31,155 nt of DNA from Myxococcota bacterium (GTDB taxonomy: Bacteria > Myxococcota > XYA12-FULL-58-9 > JABJBS01). A program made the position numbers and the translations under genes. The DNA is taken from NCBI GenBank assembly GCA_036339465.1, contig JAYZAY010000050.1:1-31155 (forward strand), in the 5' to 3' direction. This document shows positions 1 to 10,143 of the stretch, piece by piece (position 1 is the first letter of the stretch; every line of letters starts with the position of its first letter). The notes beneath the pieces are model-generated. The model worked only from the letters and a program-made list of their open reading frames with translations, made no database searches and was not told the DNA's origin.

Positions 1-141
1 GTAAATACGGCAGTAAATACGGCAGTAAATACGGCAGTAAATACGGCAGTAAATACGGCAGTAAATACGGCAGTAAATACGGCAGTAAATACGGCAGTAA
101 ATACGGCAGTAAATACGGCAGTAAGCACGGCAGTAAGTACA
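1..141. repeat. 12-bp tandem repeat (GTAAATACGGCA) x10 perfect plus 2 degenerate copies, running off the window start
   Basis: Read directly: GTAAATACGGCA repeated over 1-120, then GTAAGCACGGCA and GTAAGTACA. Plus frame 1 reads (VNTA)n...VSTAVSTVSSKA* and stops at TGA 157-159, so it may be the C-terminal tail of an upstream gene. Confidence 0.95.
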
Positions 142-216
142 GTTTCTTCCAAAGCGTGATTGCTAGGTGCCGCCCTTTGGTGCAAAAGACCCACCGTGTC
201 GAAGCACTTACCTCAT

Positions 217-1272
217 ATGAATATCGTACGCCCCCAACCCATCTTGGATGACCTTGAGGTGGTTCCCGTTAAACGCATTACCGACAGGGCGTGGGCAGTC
301 GAGGCTCTTCTCGAAGGGGAGTATCTTCTCGTCGACGATTTCTACAGCACTGGACTGGATATTTTGGCAGCCCTGAAAAATCGATTGAAGAAAGTCCAAA
401 AAGGCCTTTCCTACCAAGGAGAACGGGCGTTTCGTTCCCAATATCAGGAAGTTTCACAAAGGCTTCTCGTCTGCATAGAAAATCGAAAATTGGCCCTCAG
501 CAAGGCCCCCACCATCGGCTGGATTGAGCGCTTGTATCCGGAACTCACCGATTTCCTCTTACCCTTTCCCCAAGTTCAAGGCCTCAATAGTTCGTGGCAA
601 TGGTATTGCAATGGAATTCAACTTCCCATTCTCCAAGACCCCATTCATCCCTATTTCGGTACCTATTTCCCAACCCGTTTTGACCATTTGGACTTATTTT
701 CCCACTGGTTGAAACAGTATCGCGGTCCGCGAAAAACCGCAGTAGATGTGGGCACCGGCTGTGGGGTGTTGGCTCTCCATCTTTTACAACAAGGATTTGA
801 AACCGCCTATGCCACCGACATAAATCCCAATGCCATTCTCAGTGTGGAAGGGGAGCGTTCGACGCGGAAACTAGAAGCACGTCTAAGCCTTGAGAATGTA
901 GATTTAATGGGTCGCTATGAAGGCACCACAGATCTTATCATCTTCAATCCTCCGTGGCTTCCCGGCCCCACCCACTCCCAACTCGATAAAGCCATCTACT
1001 ACGATGAGGCCCTCTTCGAGCGTTTCTTTACGGCGGCACGCAAACATCTCACACCCGAAAGTCGGCTTGTTTTCCTCTTTTCCAACCTCTTGAAAAGTGC
1101 AGATACGCGTGCGTCCCATCCCATTGAAGCCGAATTGGGCGAGGGGAGCCGGTTTCGTTTGGTGGAGCGGTTAGAACGCAAGGTTCGGCCGGGTTCCAAA
1201 AAAACCCGCCGTTCCAACAAAACCCGGGAAAACGAACGCGTGGAGCTTTGGAGCTTGGCACTTAAGAATTAA
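217..1272 (+). CDS. Class I SAM-dependent methyltransferase (methyltransferase-small/MTS-like)
   Basis: Motif I VDVGTGCG, ATDINP, and motif IV FNPPW. ATG 217 preferred over TTG 160. Confidence 0.85.
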   Translation: MNIVRPQPILDDLEVVPVKRITDRAWAVEALLEGEYLLVDDFYSTGLDILAALKNRLKKVQKGLSYQGERAFRSQYQEVSQRLLVCIENRKLALSKAPTIGWIERLYPELTDFLLPFPQVQGLNSSWQWYCNGIQLPILQDPIHPYFGTYFPTRFDHLDLFSHWLKQYRGPRKTAVDVGTGCGVLALHLLQQGFETAYATDINPNAILSVEGERSTRKLEARLSLENVDLMGRYEGTTDLIIFNPPWLPGPTHSQLDKAIYYDEALFERFFTAARKHLTPESRLVFLFSNLLKSADTRASHPIEAELGEGSRFRLVERLERKVRPGSKKTRRSNKTRENERVELWSLALKN

Positions 1273-2300
1273 GTAGCGGTTTCTTTTTTACCGCCGGGCC
1301 TGAGGGCGAATCTTTCCCGTTTAGCACCGTGAATTGGGCCGGATTCCTTCCATGGCCAACCACCAAAACCCGTGCGTTGATAATCTGCAATGGCACCGTA
1401 AATTTCTTGGGCTGTGTTCATCACAAAGGGCCCATACTGAACCACCGGCTCTCCGATTGGTCGTCCTTGCAACATGAGAAGTTCCGATTCCACCGCCCCA
1501 TTGGTGATTAAACACTCTTGGGCCGGATTCATGTCTATTTGCTGGCCACCAGCGACTTCTTCCTTGCCGATATGCAACCGCTCGCCCTCGAAGAAATAGA
1601 GGGTTCGTTGGCCCTCAGGCTGGGTGGCAGGAAGCGTCCATTGGGCATTGGCATCCAGCTTGATGGTCCAAATCCCCACATCAGATCCTGGTTGCGCCGC
1701 CCATGAGTTGGGGGGAGGGGAGGGGGCTTTCGCATCCAGATACCTACCGGCATGAACAGTCACATGCGTCCCATGTCCATGGGAATCGAGGATGGTTTTA
1801 TGGGGAATCGTAGGGGCCCACAGCATCGAGAAATGGGGCTCGGCGAATTTATGGGCCTGCGGGAGATTCAGCCATATCTGAAAAAGCTCCATGGGGTTAT
1901 TTTCGTCGCGGTCGAGAAGGGGAAACATCTCCGAATGTTGAATACCCTTACCCGCTGTGAGCCACTGGACATCCCCCTCACCATAGCGCGCTTTAGCGCC
2001 CATAGAGTCGCTGTGATCCAAAAGCCCCTGACGGGCAACAGTAATGGTTTCAAATCCTCGGTGGGGATGCTTCGGAAAACCGGGAACCGTCATTCCGTGA
2101 TACATCCGCCATCCATCAATCCCTGCAAAGTCTTGGCCCATATTGCGCCCATCCAAGGAGGCTACTGGACCGAAATTCTCGTTGCCTTTGGGATAAATAT
2201 CATGATGATAAACACAAAAGAGAAAGGGATCCCTGGTTTTCCATGGAGCCACTCCCGGTGAAAGAGGGGCGAGGTTTAGAATACTCGTGGCAAATGACAA
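1269..2300 (-). CDS. Pirin family protein
   Basis: GFPKHPHRGFETIT, HSDSMG, GDVQWLTAGKGIQHSEM, FQIWLNLP, GRPIGEPVVQYGPFVMNT are pirin signatures. Start codon is TTG and uncertain. Confidence 0.93.
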   Translation of the reverse strand: MSFATSILNLAPLSPGVAPWKTRDPFLFCVYHHDIYPKGNENFGPVASLDGRNMGQDFAGIDGWRMYHGMTVPGFPKHPHRGFETITVARQGLLDHSDSMGAKARYGEGDVQWLTAGKGIQHSEMFPLLDRDENNPMELFQIWLNLPQAHKFAEPHFSMLWAPTIPHKTILDSHGHGTHVTVHAGRYLDAKAPSPPPNSWAAQPGSDVGIWTIKLDANAQWTLPATQPEGQRTLYFFEGERLHIGKEEVAGGQQIDMNPAQECLITNGAVESELLMLQGRPIGEPVVQYGPFVMNTAQEIYGAIADYQRTGFGGWPWKESGPIHGAKRERFALRPGGKKETAT

Positions 2301-2867
2301 TTTCGGCTTCTTCGGTGTCGTTGATTCTAGGGTAAGCAGGGGGGCGGGATTTGTCTAGAAGTTATCGTCTATCGGCTACCCGGTTCATCTAGTCTCAATT
2401 CACAAACGAAAGATTCGCCATCGTTATGGCAGCAGTGACTCAACTGCTGCGGCAAATTTTGTCGTCTTCTCTCCAATGGGGTTTTCGTATCTTTGTCTAT
2501 GATTCCGAGTTGTTTGTTCCTCGTTTGTTCCTAGGCAAAAAGCTGTTCTTTAGCGAGGCTCTGCGACTTGTTTAAACATTGCTTTCAAGTGCGCTTCAAG
2601 CGAACTGGCCAAAGATTTAGCCAACGCCTTCTGGAGAGCGTGGTGTGGCCATAGGCATCAAATATTGAGCTTCTTGTCGCTTTTTTTGGAGGGCGTAGCC
2701 CATATCCATCTGCATACGAAATCATCAGCCCCGGAAGCAACCGGTCCTGGTTTTCAGTGGTGGTTACACAAATCGCCAATCTATTTAATATCCCGCCGTT
2801 TGGATTGAGGAGCTTGGATCCGCGTGCTATGACGAATCCATCTATTTGTAGAAGTGTGAGGTAACCC

Positions 2868-3542
2868 ATGTATTTAATAAATCGATGGCTGGTCATTTCT
2901 CTTTTTCTTATTTGGGGAATTGGTTTTCAAGGATGTTCCAAAAACAAAGACACGACCCAAATACCGGAGCTAAGCGCCGATACCACCGAGACCGACAAAG
3001 CACTCGCCGGTGGAATGTCTCAGGAAGTCATTTTTGACCCCAGGGATCCGCCGCCCGGATTTACCACATGTCACCGTAATCACTGCCACCGAGAAGGGGG
3101 AGGCGTCGCTTCTTACGACCAGGTGATGAAAGAAATCGGGGCGACCAAAATCATCGGGGTGCCTAAGCGTGTACCTATGCCCCCCGCTCCCGCCGATGTG
3201 TCTACCCCACCGAGCGATGCAACCACGACCCCCACTGGATTGGCCAGCAAAATGCTCAAGGCGGGTAATGGTAAAATCAAACCCTCCGCCGCCAGTGTTG
3301 TCACCGTTCACTACACCGGCTGGCTCACAAGCGGTGAGGCCTTCGACAGCAGCGTCTCCCGCGGACAACCCGCCCGCTTTCCCCTCAACCGCGTCATCCC
3401 CGGCTGGACCGAAGGCCTTCAGCTCATGAAAGTGGGGGAGGAACGACGATTTTGGATCCCTCAAGCACTCGCCTACAATGGACGCCAAGGAGCACCTAAG
3501 GGCATGCTCGTCTTTGACGTGGAATTGCTTTCGGTCGAGTAA
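2868..3542 (+). CDS. FKBP-type peptidyl-prolyl cis-trans isomerase, probable lipoprotein
   Basis: C-terminal FKBP domain (VTVHYTGWL, FDSSVSRGQP, VIPGWTEGLQLMKVGE, LVFDVELL). N-terminal hydrophobic segment ends in lipobox-like FQGC. Confidence 0.92.
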   Translation: MYLINRWLVISLFLIWGIGFQGCSKNKDTTQIPELSADTTETDKALAGGMSQEVIFDPRDPPPGFTTCHRNHCHREGGGVASYDQVMKEIGATKIIGVPKRVPMPPAPADVSTPPSDATTTPTGLASKMLKAGNGKIKPSAASVVTVHYTGWLTSGEAFDSSVSRGQPARFPLNRVIPGWTEGLQLMKVGEERRFWIPQALAYNGRQGAPKGMLVFDVELLSVE

Positions 3543-4964
3543 TTAACCGGTCAACCGACCCACTTTCTCTAAGCCTGGTCGGGCTCCTAATCCTAAAAGC
3601 ATCGAAAGTAATAAAAGTGCCCCCACACTAACAGCCGTGCGAGCCGCCAAAGCCTTGGTGGGTTCTTCTTTGAATTCAAAACTCGGCAATTGTCGTAAAT
3701 CTTTAGTTCTCATTTCGAGCCCCGACTGCACCCGCTCGGAAAAGAAAGCCCGAAACTCCCTGTGAAAGCTATCGGCTTGTTTTTCAAAGCGCGCATGTCG
3801 GATAGAACCCGAACCCGCTACATCCTCCAAAGATAGCTGGACCAAAATAGCGGGGGAGAGAAAGCGAAGGGCACTCAGTATGGTCTGCCGCTCTTGTAAT
3901 TTTTCGTTAAGCTCTTTGAGCACCGGCTCCGAACGCTTGACCAGTTCATCCTGCACCCGGATGATTTTTCTGGCGCCGTCGCCTGCCTTAGGATCCACGT
4001 CGTGACGACCCTCCAGGTTGTTGAGTTCTTTCTGAATATCCCGAGCCGCCTCTCGAGCCTCATGCAGAAGCTCAATACGAGAGGGTGGGGGATAGAAAGT
4101 ATCCACACCAACATTCACCAAACCAGGCACCACCACCACCACCACCAGCCAGATCCCCACAAGAACCAAGGCATTTTTAGCCGAACTTCCGCCGCGAGAA
4201 TTCACCAAAATAGCCGTGGCAAACCAAAAGGTGGCCCACCCCACCAACACACCGGCGTAAAGAAGGAAATGGAAACTCTCTTCGCGTTGAAAAAAGCTTC
4301 CCCCGGCGATTAGCAGGCCCAGAAAAGCAAAAACCAAAGTTAGGCCCGAAAGGGCCGTCAGACGCGCCAGGGCTTTTCCTAGAACGAATGCTCCTTGGGA
4401 TACGGGTTGGGAGAGAAGCATGGCCAGGGTGCCCCGTTCCCTTTCGCCGCTGAGTAGCTCGTAGGAGAGGGCGATGATCACCAAGGGAAAGAGCACCACA
4501 AAGAGAAAGGCGGGATCAAATGCGCCAGTCTGGAGGCGGGTGGGCCCGGCCATAGGGGTTTCGGTTTCCCGTTCTAAGATGAGGTTTAGAGCACTGGTGA
4601 CCCGCACCGCCTGGGGGCGAAAATCCCGTTGGCCCATGGCCACCGAAGCCAGAGGAGCAGGGGGAAGAACCGCCAGGCGTGCCGCCCCCTCTTGGCCCAT
4701 CCACACGGCATTGCGGGGATCTCTCGCACTCAAGGGCTTTTGCGTGGTTTCGAGTTTTGCCAGTTTCTGTGCCAGTGTTGTTAGGCGCTGGACTTCCTCA
4801 GTTTCGGAGCGCTCCAATCCTTTGGCCATTTGCCGGGCATGATTTCCCCCCGCAAGCGATGCGAGCACGAGAAAACCGGCAAAGAGAGCCAGCACGCCCA
4901 TGGCAGCGCGGTCCTGTTTTAGGATCCGCCACTCTAATCTGAAAACGGTTTTCCAGGTGCTCAT
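3543..4964 (-). CDS. ABC transporter permease subunit with DUF3526-type C-terminus
   Basis: GAFDPAFLFVVLFPLVIIALSYELLSGERERGTL motif and multiple TM helices. ATG 4964 overlaps the stop of the upstream permease (ATGA). Confidence 0.88.
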   Translation of the reverse strand: MSTWKTVFRLEWRILKQDRAAMGVLALFAGFLVLASLAGGNHARQMAKGLERSETEEVQRLTTLAQKLAKLETTQKPLSARDPRNAVWMGQEGAARLAVLPPAPLASVAMGQRDFRPQAVRVTSALNLILERETETPMAGPTRLQTGAFDPAFLFVVLFPLVIIALSYELLSGERERGTLAMLLSQPVSQGAFVLGKALARLTALSGLTLVFAFLGLLIAGGSFFQREESFHFLLYAGVLVGWATFWFATAILVNSRGGSSAKNALVLVGIWLVVVVVVPGLVNVGVDTFYPPPSRIELLHEAREAARDIQKELNNLEGRHDVDPKAGDGARKIIRVQDELVKRSEPVLKELNEKLQERQTILSALRFLSPAILVQLSLEDVAGSGSIRHARFEKQADSFHREFRAFFSERVQSGLEMRTKDLRQLPSFEFKEEPTKALAARTAVSVGALLLLSMLLGLGARPGLEKVGRLTG

Positions 4965-6388
4965 ACCACCCTCACTTTCTGGGCCGACCGCAGGGCCAAG
5001 AGAATCGCCGCTACCAACCACAGTAAAAGTATCCCTAGGCTCAGCGCATGGGTTTGTAGGGCGAAGCCCACTGTGGGGGCCTCGTAGGTGAAGGGGGGGA
5101 TTTTCTTCCAAAGTTCGGGACCGGCCCGGTATTCCCAACCCTCATAGCCTGCGTTGTCTGCGAAGTCCTTATTCAGTTGGGTCACGAGTTTCTTGCGCCA
5201 CGCTTCTGCCTGATCGGTGAAGTGGCGATGGTGGGAAAAATCGGTGCCGGAGAGTCCGGCAGAGAGGGTGCGCATGGCCAGAAAAGGGGAGATGACCCCG
5301 ATGAAAGCCACCACTTTTTCCTGAGCTTCGATATCGTCATCGAGGGCTTGCATGTGGTGGTCGTAGATCATGTCTTCCCATCTTGCTTCGGCTTGGAGTT
5401 CCAGCCCGTTTATCTGCGAGCCCTGCACCAACAAACCTGTATTCGAGAGATTTTCTGCCGCCATAAGATCGGTGAGGATGGCTTCCACGGCCGTGTCCCG
5501 TTCCATTTTGCCGCCGATTCCATTTTCGAGACTCTGGGTGATATCGCGAGCAAGGGCCCCTTGGCTGGGCAGGGGTTGAGCGGCGGAGGCGACCTCGGTG
5601 GCCACTCGGGGCGCCACCAAACAAAAGAGGCCCCAGACTCCAATCATCGCCACGAGAGCACCACGGGAGGAGCTGTTGATGGCAGACACATAAAGGGTGA
5701 GGCCACCGAAAATGGCGAAGTAGATACCGTAGGTGAAGACCAAAAGCATGAGTCGGAAGATGGTAGCACTGTCGCCCCCGCTTAAAGCCCAGAGGACGGC
5801 AATGAGGATGAGGGCAGCGGGGATTAAAAGGACAGCGATAACAACGCCGAGGGCACCCGCCTTGCCCCAAAAGAGGGTGCGACGATCCGCCCCGGTGCTA
5901 AGAAGTTGCCGGAGCGTACCGCTCTCTCGCTCGCGACTCCAAAGTCCGTGTCCCAAAGCGATAATGAGCAAGGGGACCAGCTGAAGGAGCACACTGGCCA
6001 CAGAGAAGGAACCCATACGCCGAAGACTGGTGCTGTCTTGAGCAGAGGAGTGAGCCGCCAGATTGCGTTTGTGGGCTTCGATTTTCACCGAGCGACCCAA
6101 ATAGGCCGAGATCCCAGGATCGATGGCGGTAACGGCGCTGATGGGGGCGAAGAGGTGGGTACCGTAGTGGGCGGCGACGTGTGGGTTTTTATCCCCTTGG
6201 TTTTCCCACTGCTTGGCCGATCGCTTTCGGGCGTGCTCGCGGGCATCTAGGGCTTCGAGGGTTTGTTGGGCACCAAAAGCGAGGGCGGCGAGGGCGAGCA
6301 CCACCACGATACCCCCCAAAAGACGAAGGCGACCGTCTCGGATGATTTCTTTGATTTCCTTATTTGCGACCCAGCGAACCAAGGACAT
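4961..6388 (-). CDS. ABC transporter permease subunit with DUF3526-type C-terminus
   Basis: KNPHVAAHYG, SRERESGTLRQLLS, LSGTDFSHHRHF motifs. ATG 6388 has a GGAG RBS. Confidence 0.88.
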   Translation of the reverse strand: MSLVRWVANKEIKEIIRDGRLRLLGGIVVVLALAALAFGAQQTLEALDAREHARKRSAKQWENQGDKNPHVAAHYGTHLFAPISAVTAIDPGISAYLGRSVKIEAHKRNLAAHSSAQDSTSLRRMGSFSVASVLLQLVPLLIIALGHGLWSRERESGTLRQLLSTGADRRTLFWGKAGALGVVIAVLLIPAALILIAVLWALSGGDSATIFRLMLLVFTYGIYFAIFGGLTLYVSAINSSSRGALVAMIGVWGLFCLVAPRVATEVASAAQPLPSQGALARDITQSLENGIGGKMERDTAVEAILTDLMAAENLSNTGLLVQGSQINGLELQAEARWEDMIYDHHMQALDDDIEAQEKVVAFIGVISPFLAMRTLSAGLSGTDFSHHRHFTDQAEAWRKKLVTQLNKDFADNAGYEGWEYRAGPELWKKIPPFTYEAPTVGFALQTHALSLGILLLWLVAAILLALRSAQKVRVV

Positions 6389-6401
6389 GGCCTCTCCTCT
6401 C

Positions 6402-7109
6402 CTAGTCGTGCATGTGTTCGAGGTAAATACGCTCGAGGTCGTTGTGGGAGAGGTCTTGGGCAACCAGTTCCGCCACCAGCTCTCCGTGTTTCATAATGCC
6501 GATTCGAGAGGCAATTTCCCGAGACCGAAAAAGATCGTGGGTGGCCATGAGAACGGCCACGCCCGAATCGCTGAGGGAGCAGACCAACTGGGAAAATTCG
6601 TTGGAGGCTTTGGGATCCAAACCGGAGGTGGGTTCGTCTAGGAGGAGGAGTTCGGCTTTGCGGGCCATGGCCATGGCGATACCCACCTTTTGGCGCATGC
6701 CCTTGGAGTAGGTGCCCACGGGTCGGTCCGTAGCATCGGTGGGAAGTCCTGCCCGATCGAGGGTGGTGCGGAGCTCTTCGGAGCTGGTATCGGTGATACC
6801 CGCGAGAGTCGTGAAGTATTCGAGGTTTTCCATGCCGCTCAAATTGGGGTAGAGCATGACGTTTTCGGGGATATAGGCCAAGAACTTCTTAGTTTCCAAA
6901 ACATTTTCGGCCACTTCGAGTCCTTTGATTTTGGCGCTACCGGAAGTGGGTTCGATGAAGCCTAAGAAGAGTTGGATAGTGGTGGTTTTACCCGCGCCAT
7001 TGGCCCCGAGTAGGCAAAATACTTCCCCCTGCCTCACGTGGAGATCGAGCCCTTTGAGAGCAGGGTGGTTGCCGTAGTGTTTGACAAGGCCTTGGGCCTG
7101 CAGAACCAT
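6402..7109 (-). CDS. ABC transporter ATP-binding protein
   Basis: Walker A GANGAGKTT, signature YSKGMRQK, Walker B LLLLDEPTSGLDP, H-loop ATHD. Confidence 0.96.
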   Translation of the reverse strand: MVLQAQGLVKHYGNHPALKGLDLHVRQGEVFCLLGANGAGKTTTIQLFLGFIEPTSGSAKIKGLEVAENVLETKKFLAYIPENVMLYPNLSGMENLEYFTTLAGITDTSSEELRTTLDRAGLPTDATDRPVGTYSKGMRQKVGIAMAMARKAELLLLDEPTSGLDPKASNEFSQLVCSLSDSGVAVLMATHDLFRSREIASRIGIMKHGELVAELVAQDLSHNDLERIYLEHMHD

Positions 7110-7386
7110 GGAATTCTCTCCGGTTGAGGTCGATAGAGGACTACAACACCGGCCCCTTCAACGTCAATTCCTTTGGCAAGGATCACCGATTATGGGCAAT
7201 CGATGGTCAGACATCGACTATCAGCAACCGGTTTTTGTCTCTCTGCCTTCGGTAACGCTTTGGCGACCACCGATTTTCAAGTATCGTTATCATCACTGCA
7301 TTTTGCATTTCTGTATCATCGTTGGGCTCGGGGCTTGCCCCTCTAGATGGTCCTGTACTTGGGAAGAATCTTTTGGAGAATAGAAA

Positions 7387-8460
7387 ATGCACACCGTCAA
7401 GTGGAATCCAACCATCCCTCTGATGTTCATGCCCCTTTTGGGAGGTGTTGCCCATGCGGACACGGAGATTTTGCGGTTAACAGGCAAAAACCAATTTAAG
7501 GGTTCCAGGGTTCAACATGTGGATACCACGGGCCGGAGCCGACGCAGTAGGGAATGCTGTACGATTGTGGACACCAACGGTCGAGCCTATTCCTATAATG
7601 TACGACGAGAGGTGGAAGAGGTGGAACGGGATGGGGAAAAGGTTAAAATCTACCATTATTATTTCGAATACTACGCCGGGAAGGAAGGAAAGTTGGGGCT
7701 TATTTCCTAGATCGCTTATTGGAATTCCGAACAATCAGCCCCCACCACCTGGAAAACCGCCAGCATCCAACTCAATGAAGCGGGCGTACCATTTCTTTTG
7801 GCCTATAAAACCCATGGACCAGGGGGAGGGCGAAAAGACTTGGTCCTATTGCGCCGAAATGCGGTCCAAAACACGGTACTCCCTAACCACAATGGTGGTT
7901 TTTCCGAGCTGAAATTGCTCTTAGACAATGATGACCAAGCGATTGCCATAGGGAAGCAGGGAAAAAACCTGGTATCCATTTACAATCATTCGGTCACAAA
8001 ATTGATTCAAAAAACCACCTACGATTGGTCGGTGGCGCGAGACAAGCAAGGATGGATTTATGTTCTAGCTTACACGTATGACCAACGCTCCTTTTTAGTG
8101 ACAGTCTCTCGCGGAGATCTGAAAGACTGGCGTTTAAAGATGGTGGATTCCTCGGAAGCGGGCTGGAACCATTCTATTTCCATGTGGGAAGACCAAGTGG
8201 TCATCGCTTACTACTACCGAAATAGCTTCAATAAGGGATTGCGACTTTCCTATCTCATTTACAAACGATTTTATGCAATGCATGGAACTGGTTTATTCTT
8301 TCGGGTGGGCTATGGTGCTCAAGGATTGGCCCATGGCTTTCGGGCAGGGCCGCCTGGGGATCGCGATGCGAATGAACGAGACGATTCAGATTCGGTTACC
8401 CGCGCCCATCACTATCAAGTTCAGCATGGGCCCTTCTTAAACTTGGGGCTTGTTTACTAG
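7387..8460 (+). pseudogene. Probable decayed gene for a secreted beta-rich protein, interrupted by an in-frame TAG at 7708-7710
   Basis: ORFs 7387..7710 and 7798..8460 are in the same frame, and the intervening sequence is open (IAYWNSEQSAPTTWKTASIQLNEAGVPFLL). The N-terminus resembles a signal peptide ending VAHA. Confidence 0.55.
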
Positions 8461-8609
8461 CCCCTATTGCTATCGAGAGTGAAAGGATGGTTGGGGAATG
8501 TAACCAACGAGACCTTTAGACAGATTTCGCTAAACTTTCGACGGTTTTAACCACCAAGAAGAGCACTCTGGTCCTAGGTGGCGAGGGAGCTGGGAACGTT
8601 TGAGCAATA

Positions 8610-9020
8610 TTATTCCTTCCGGGCAACCTTCTCAGCCTTGAGTACCGCGGCAACGGTGGCCACAAAATGGTCGGGAGAAATCGGTTTTTCCATGACCGCA
8701 TCCGCACCAAATTCAGCCGCGATTTCCAACCACTCCTCGGTATCACTCGAACCGCCCCGCAAGATATCAATGCCCCCGGAAATGGCGATGATTTTGGGCT
8801 TCAAAGATGCCTCTGCAAGTATTCGAATGGTTTGAAGACCCTCTTGTTCGGGCATCACCAGATCGGTAATCACCAATTCCGGGGTTTGACTTTCATAGAT
8901 TTCAATCCCCAGTCTTCCATTATCGGCTTCGAGCACATCGTGACCCGCATCGACAAGCAAAGCCCGCATGAATTGGCGAAACAACGGATCGTCATCGATA
9001 ATTAGAATTTGATAAGCCAT
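8610..9020 (-). CDS. Single-domain response regulator (CheY-like receiver)
   Basis: ILIIDDD, VITDLVMPEQEG (phospho-Asp), IAISGG, EKP. Confidence 0.93.
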   Translation of the reverse strand: MAYQILIIDDDPLFRQFMRALLVDAGHDVLEADNGRLGIEIYESQTPELVITDLVMPEQEGLQTIRILAEASLKPKIIAISGGIDILRGGSSDTEEWLEIAAEFGADAVMEKPISPDHFVATVAAVLKAEKVARKE

Positions 9021-9171
9021 ATAGAAGTGTTCCTATTCCACCGCCTCATAAGTGTATTCCCACTCCCAACACGATTCAAGGGGTTGGGGATTGGCACTAA
9101 AATAAGTAGGGTTATTATTGAGACATGTCTTCATTTTCCCTTATTGACCGCTTTGATAGCTGTGACAGCTT

Positions 9172-10143
9172 CTATTTTTCCGCCAATACCACCGCCCTAG
9201 TCGGAGCGGGATAACCCTCTATGGTTTTATTCAAATCATTGGGATCCACAAAATCCGACAACGACTGAAAAGTCATCCATTCCGTCGCTCTTTGCTCATC
9301 CAGACTGGTTTGATTCACATCCACAACCCGAGCATTCTTGAATCCGGCCCGCTCCACCCAATGGAGAAGGGTGGGCACCGACGGGAGAAAAAAGACATTT
9401 CTCATTTGGGCATAGCGGTCAGTGGGCACAAAGGCATGGTGTAAATCGCCTTTGGTGATCAAGGTTTCAAGCACCAATTCGCCTCCGGGACACAAGGCAT
9501 CCTTCAGCTCCTGTAAGTGCTCAAAGGGCGACCGACGATGATAAAGCACCCCCATGGAAAACACCGTATCAAACGCCCCTGTATTCCGGGGAAAGACCTC
9601 CATCACCATGGGCAAATAGTCGACCGGCGCTTCAGGATAAAAATGCTTCACCATCCGAAATTGAAACCAGAAGAGTTGACTCGGGTCCAATCCCACCACC
9701 CGGCGAGCCCCATCGGCCAACATACGCCAGCAGTGATAACCACTTCCACATCCTACATCGAGAATCGTGCGTCCCTCTAAAGCCTTCAGATGAGGCGAAA
9801 CGCGCTCCCACTTCCAATCGGACCGCCACTCGGTGTCGATATGAATGCCAAAGAAATCAAAGGGCCCCTTCCGCCAAGGATGCAAACCCTTGAGCAAGGC
9901 CAAAAGCTTGTCGCCGTCGCCCGGGGACAATTCGCCCTTTTTGCCAATTTGTAGGGTAGGGCGATTGAAATCGAGACTCACCTCCACCGCCACGGGAACC
10001 TGGGCCAAAAGCGCCTCCCATTCCGCCCTTCGACCGTGGAGATTATCCCCACCCAAACGCCCCAGTTCTCGCTCCAAATCCTTCAATCCGGATTTGAGCC
10101 TTGAATTGGCGGCGTATTCTAGGAAGTCGGCGAAGAGAGTCAT
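9172..10143 (-). CDS. cmoB: tRNA 5-methoxyuridine(34)/uridine 5-oxyacetic acid(34) synthase CmoB
   Basis: LHPWRKGPF, IDTEWRSDWKW, LDVGCGSGYH, FSMGVLYHRRSP, RYAQMRNV, TIEGYPAP. Lies directly downstream of cmoA. Confidence 0.96.
   Translation of the reverse strand: MTLFADFLEYAANSRLKSGLKDLERELGRLGGDNLHGRRAEWEALLAQVPVAVEVSLDFNRPTLQIGKKGELSPGDGDKLLALLKGLHPWRKGPFDFFGIHIDTEWRSDWKWERVSPHLKALEGRTILDVGCGSGYHCWRMLADGARRVVGLDPSQLFWFQFRMVKHFYPEAPVDYLPMVMEVFPRNTGAFDTVFSMGVLYHRRSPFEHLQELKDALCPGGELVLETLITKGDLHHAFVPTDRYAQMRNVFFLPSVPTLLHWVERAGFKNARVVDVNQTSLDEQRATEWMTFQSLSDFVDPNDLNKTIEGYPAPTRAVVLAEK

Noticed and set aside
1..141. Tandem arrays (also 18597-18655 and 21695-21836) as CRISPR arrays
   Set aside because: Units are 9-13 bp, directly adjacent, with no unique spacers, and there are no cas genes.
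4965..5138. N-terminal extensions in the ORF track (5138, 6463, 18233, 23348, 24831)
   Set aside because: They overlap neighbouring genes or precede better starts (RBS, coupling or domain boundary) at 4964, 6388, ~18041, 23219 and 24798.
7275..7320. Possible Fur/Zur box upstream of the ABC operon
   Set aside because: Only a loose GATGATAACGATA resemblance with no convincing dyad.
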